From contig NC_058368.1 in NCBI RefSeq assembly GCF_018350175.1, positions 17,548,001-17,612,000 on the forward strand: a stretch of DNA of 64,000 bases, in the 5' to 3' direction. Under the pieces are notes generated by a model that was not told the DNA's origin, searched no databases, and worked only from the letters and a program-made list of their open reading frames with translations. How positions within the stretch are numbered: the first letter of the stretch is position 1; the number at the start of each line of letters is the position of its first letter. This DNA is from Felis catus (lineage: Eukaryota). The position numbers and the translations under genes were made by a program. This document shows positions 62,588 through 64,000 of this stretch, one piece after another.

Positions 62588-64000
62588 TTTTGTCTTTTTC
62601 ACTCTCAGCAAGACTCATATATTAAATTAGGATAATAGCATCCTTTTATTTTATATGGCTGTTTTGAAAATTAAATGAAAAGTATAATATTGGCCCACTG
62701 TGGGATCTTAATAAATTTAGTTATTATGATGATGATATTCTTATTATAGAGAACTTGGAAGATGGAGAAAACAAAGAAAAAATTCACTTATAGTCCCACA
62801 ACCACAGATCAGTGCAGACACAGCCTTGTGATCCTTTGTCCAAGATGGCAGTGACCCTTCTCAAGACCCATCCGTGCGTATTGCTCTCCTGTGCACTCCA
62901 GGTTACTTTGCTTCTCCTCCAGCTCATGGCTGTGGCCTCCAGTGTGCTGTTGAGAGGCAACTGCAGGGTGGAAAGGCCTGGTCAGGAAGCCCAGTGAACC
63001 TCAGCTGAGAACAGGCTTCAAGTTGGCCGAGTCATTCATATTCTTGGAACCCCGTCCAGTTCTGACATTCTATTATTCTGTCTCCTCATCCATCAATAAC
63101 TTTGCAGTAAAAACATCACCTTATGTTCTGTCACATTGGTCCCTGGCATCTGCAGACTAAACATGCACTTGATGGATGGAATCTCTCTGCATGATACCAC
63201 ACACCTGGCTACGAGCATTTTATGTTTATTTGCTTTGGCTTCATGTATGCACTGCCTAGACGAGGCACTCTGTAAACCTTTTGTGGAGGCATTATAAAGA
63301 GATATATCTTAATGTCTAAAAATACAAGGCTCTTTAGACCTCTCCCTCATATTTTCAACAAGATAATACTTTGGCTTATTTTTCCAGGGACTGTGACTCT
63401 TAGCTATTAAACATAATAATAAATAACTATACCTTAATGTTCTGTAAGAAAAATTTCCTTTTCATTCCTTTATTCAATTATCCTCCTGTTACACACCCTC
63501 TTGGGCACCGGAATATCTGCTTCTTAACACTTCATTAGTGTAAATAATTTCGCATGTACCATTTTGAATTTTGCTCTTGTCACCCACTGGTGCCTCCAGA
63601 AGAATGGTAACCACGTCTGTTTTTCCATTTTGTTACCTTCAGAGCACACTGCGGTACCTGCCTGGCACATAGTATGGAACCAATACATACGATCGCTTTT
63701 AAGAATACTTAGAGTCCCCTGTGCCAAGGATACAACCACATTAATTAGACAAAGCCCTCCTTAGCAAAGCAGACACACAATATTCATACAAATGTTTTGT
63801 AGGAGCAGGCAATTCTAAAGTTTCATTTCGGGAAGAGAGGACAACCGTCGGAGGCAGGATTCTCTGCCTTTTTGTCTACACTGTGCGGTCAAAACCCATC
63901 CTGAATCAATGGCCAAGCAGAGGACCACTAAACGGGAGGTCTAGGGCACCACGCTTGAGTGTAGGTTAGAAACTTAGCTGCGTGCTTCTAGGCGCTTCAG

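Noticed and set aside
1..64000. CRISPR arrays, operons, tRNA/rRNA genes
   Set aside because: This is mammalian DNA. The tRNA-like A/B boxes are SINE heads, and there are no regularly spaced repeat-spacer arrays.

Overview
Gene-poor, repeat-rich mammalian genomic DNA, almost certainly from a felid (cat family). The basis is about 30 carnivore tRNA-derived Can-SINEs, including young SINEC_Fc-type copies, and a carnivore-type L1 3' end. I recognise no known protein-coding gene, RNA gene, CpG island or processed pseudogene. Most of the recognisable ORFs in the track read through SINEs, L1 or ERV relics. Main structures: (1) an ancient, internally deleted two-LTR ERVL provirus (LTR16-like, - strand, ~16.9-22.3 kb) with a decayed integrase and four nested younger insertions; (2) a TSD-bounded L1 (45.4-47.4 kb) with 5'UTR and part of ORF1 joined directly to the 3'UTR, lacking ORF2; (3) a younger 5'-truncated L1 (25.9-27.3 kb) with extra non-L1 sequence inside its A-tail; (4) many old L1M, L2, MIR, MaLR and DNA-transposon relics. 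In unique sequence there are several minus-strand exon-like segments with good splice signals (best: 23746-23861). These could belong to an unrecognised lncRNA or small-ORF transcript, but this is speculative. There are also a few homeobox-motif-rich, enhancer-like stretches. All repeat family names come from recall of consensus sequences, not from a search, and boundaries of old repeats are approximate.
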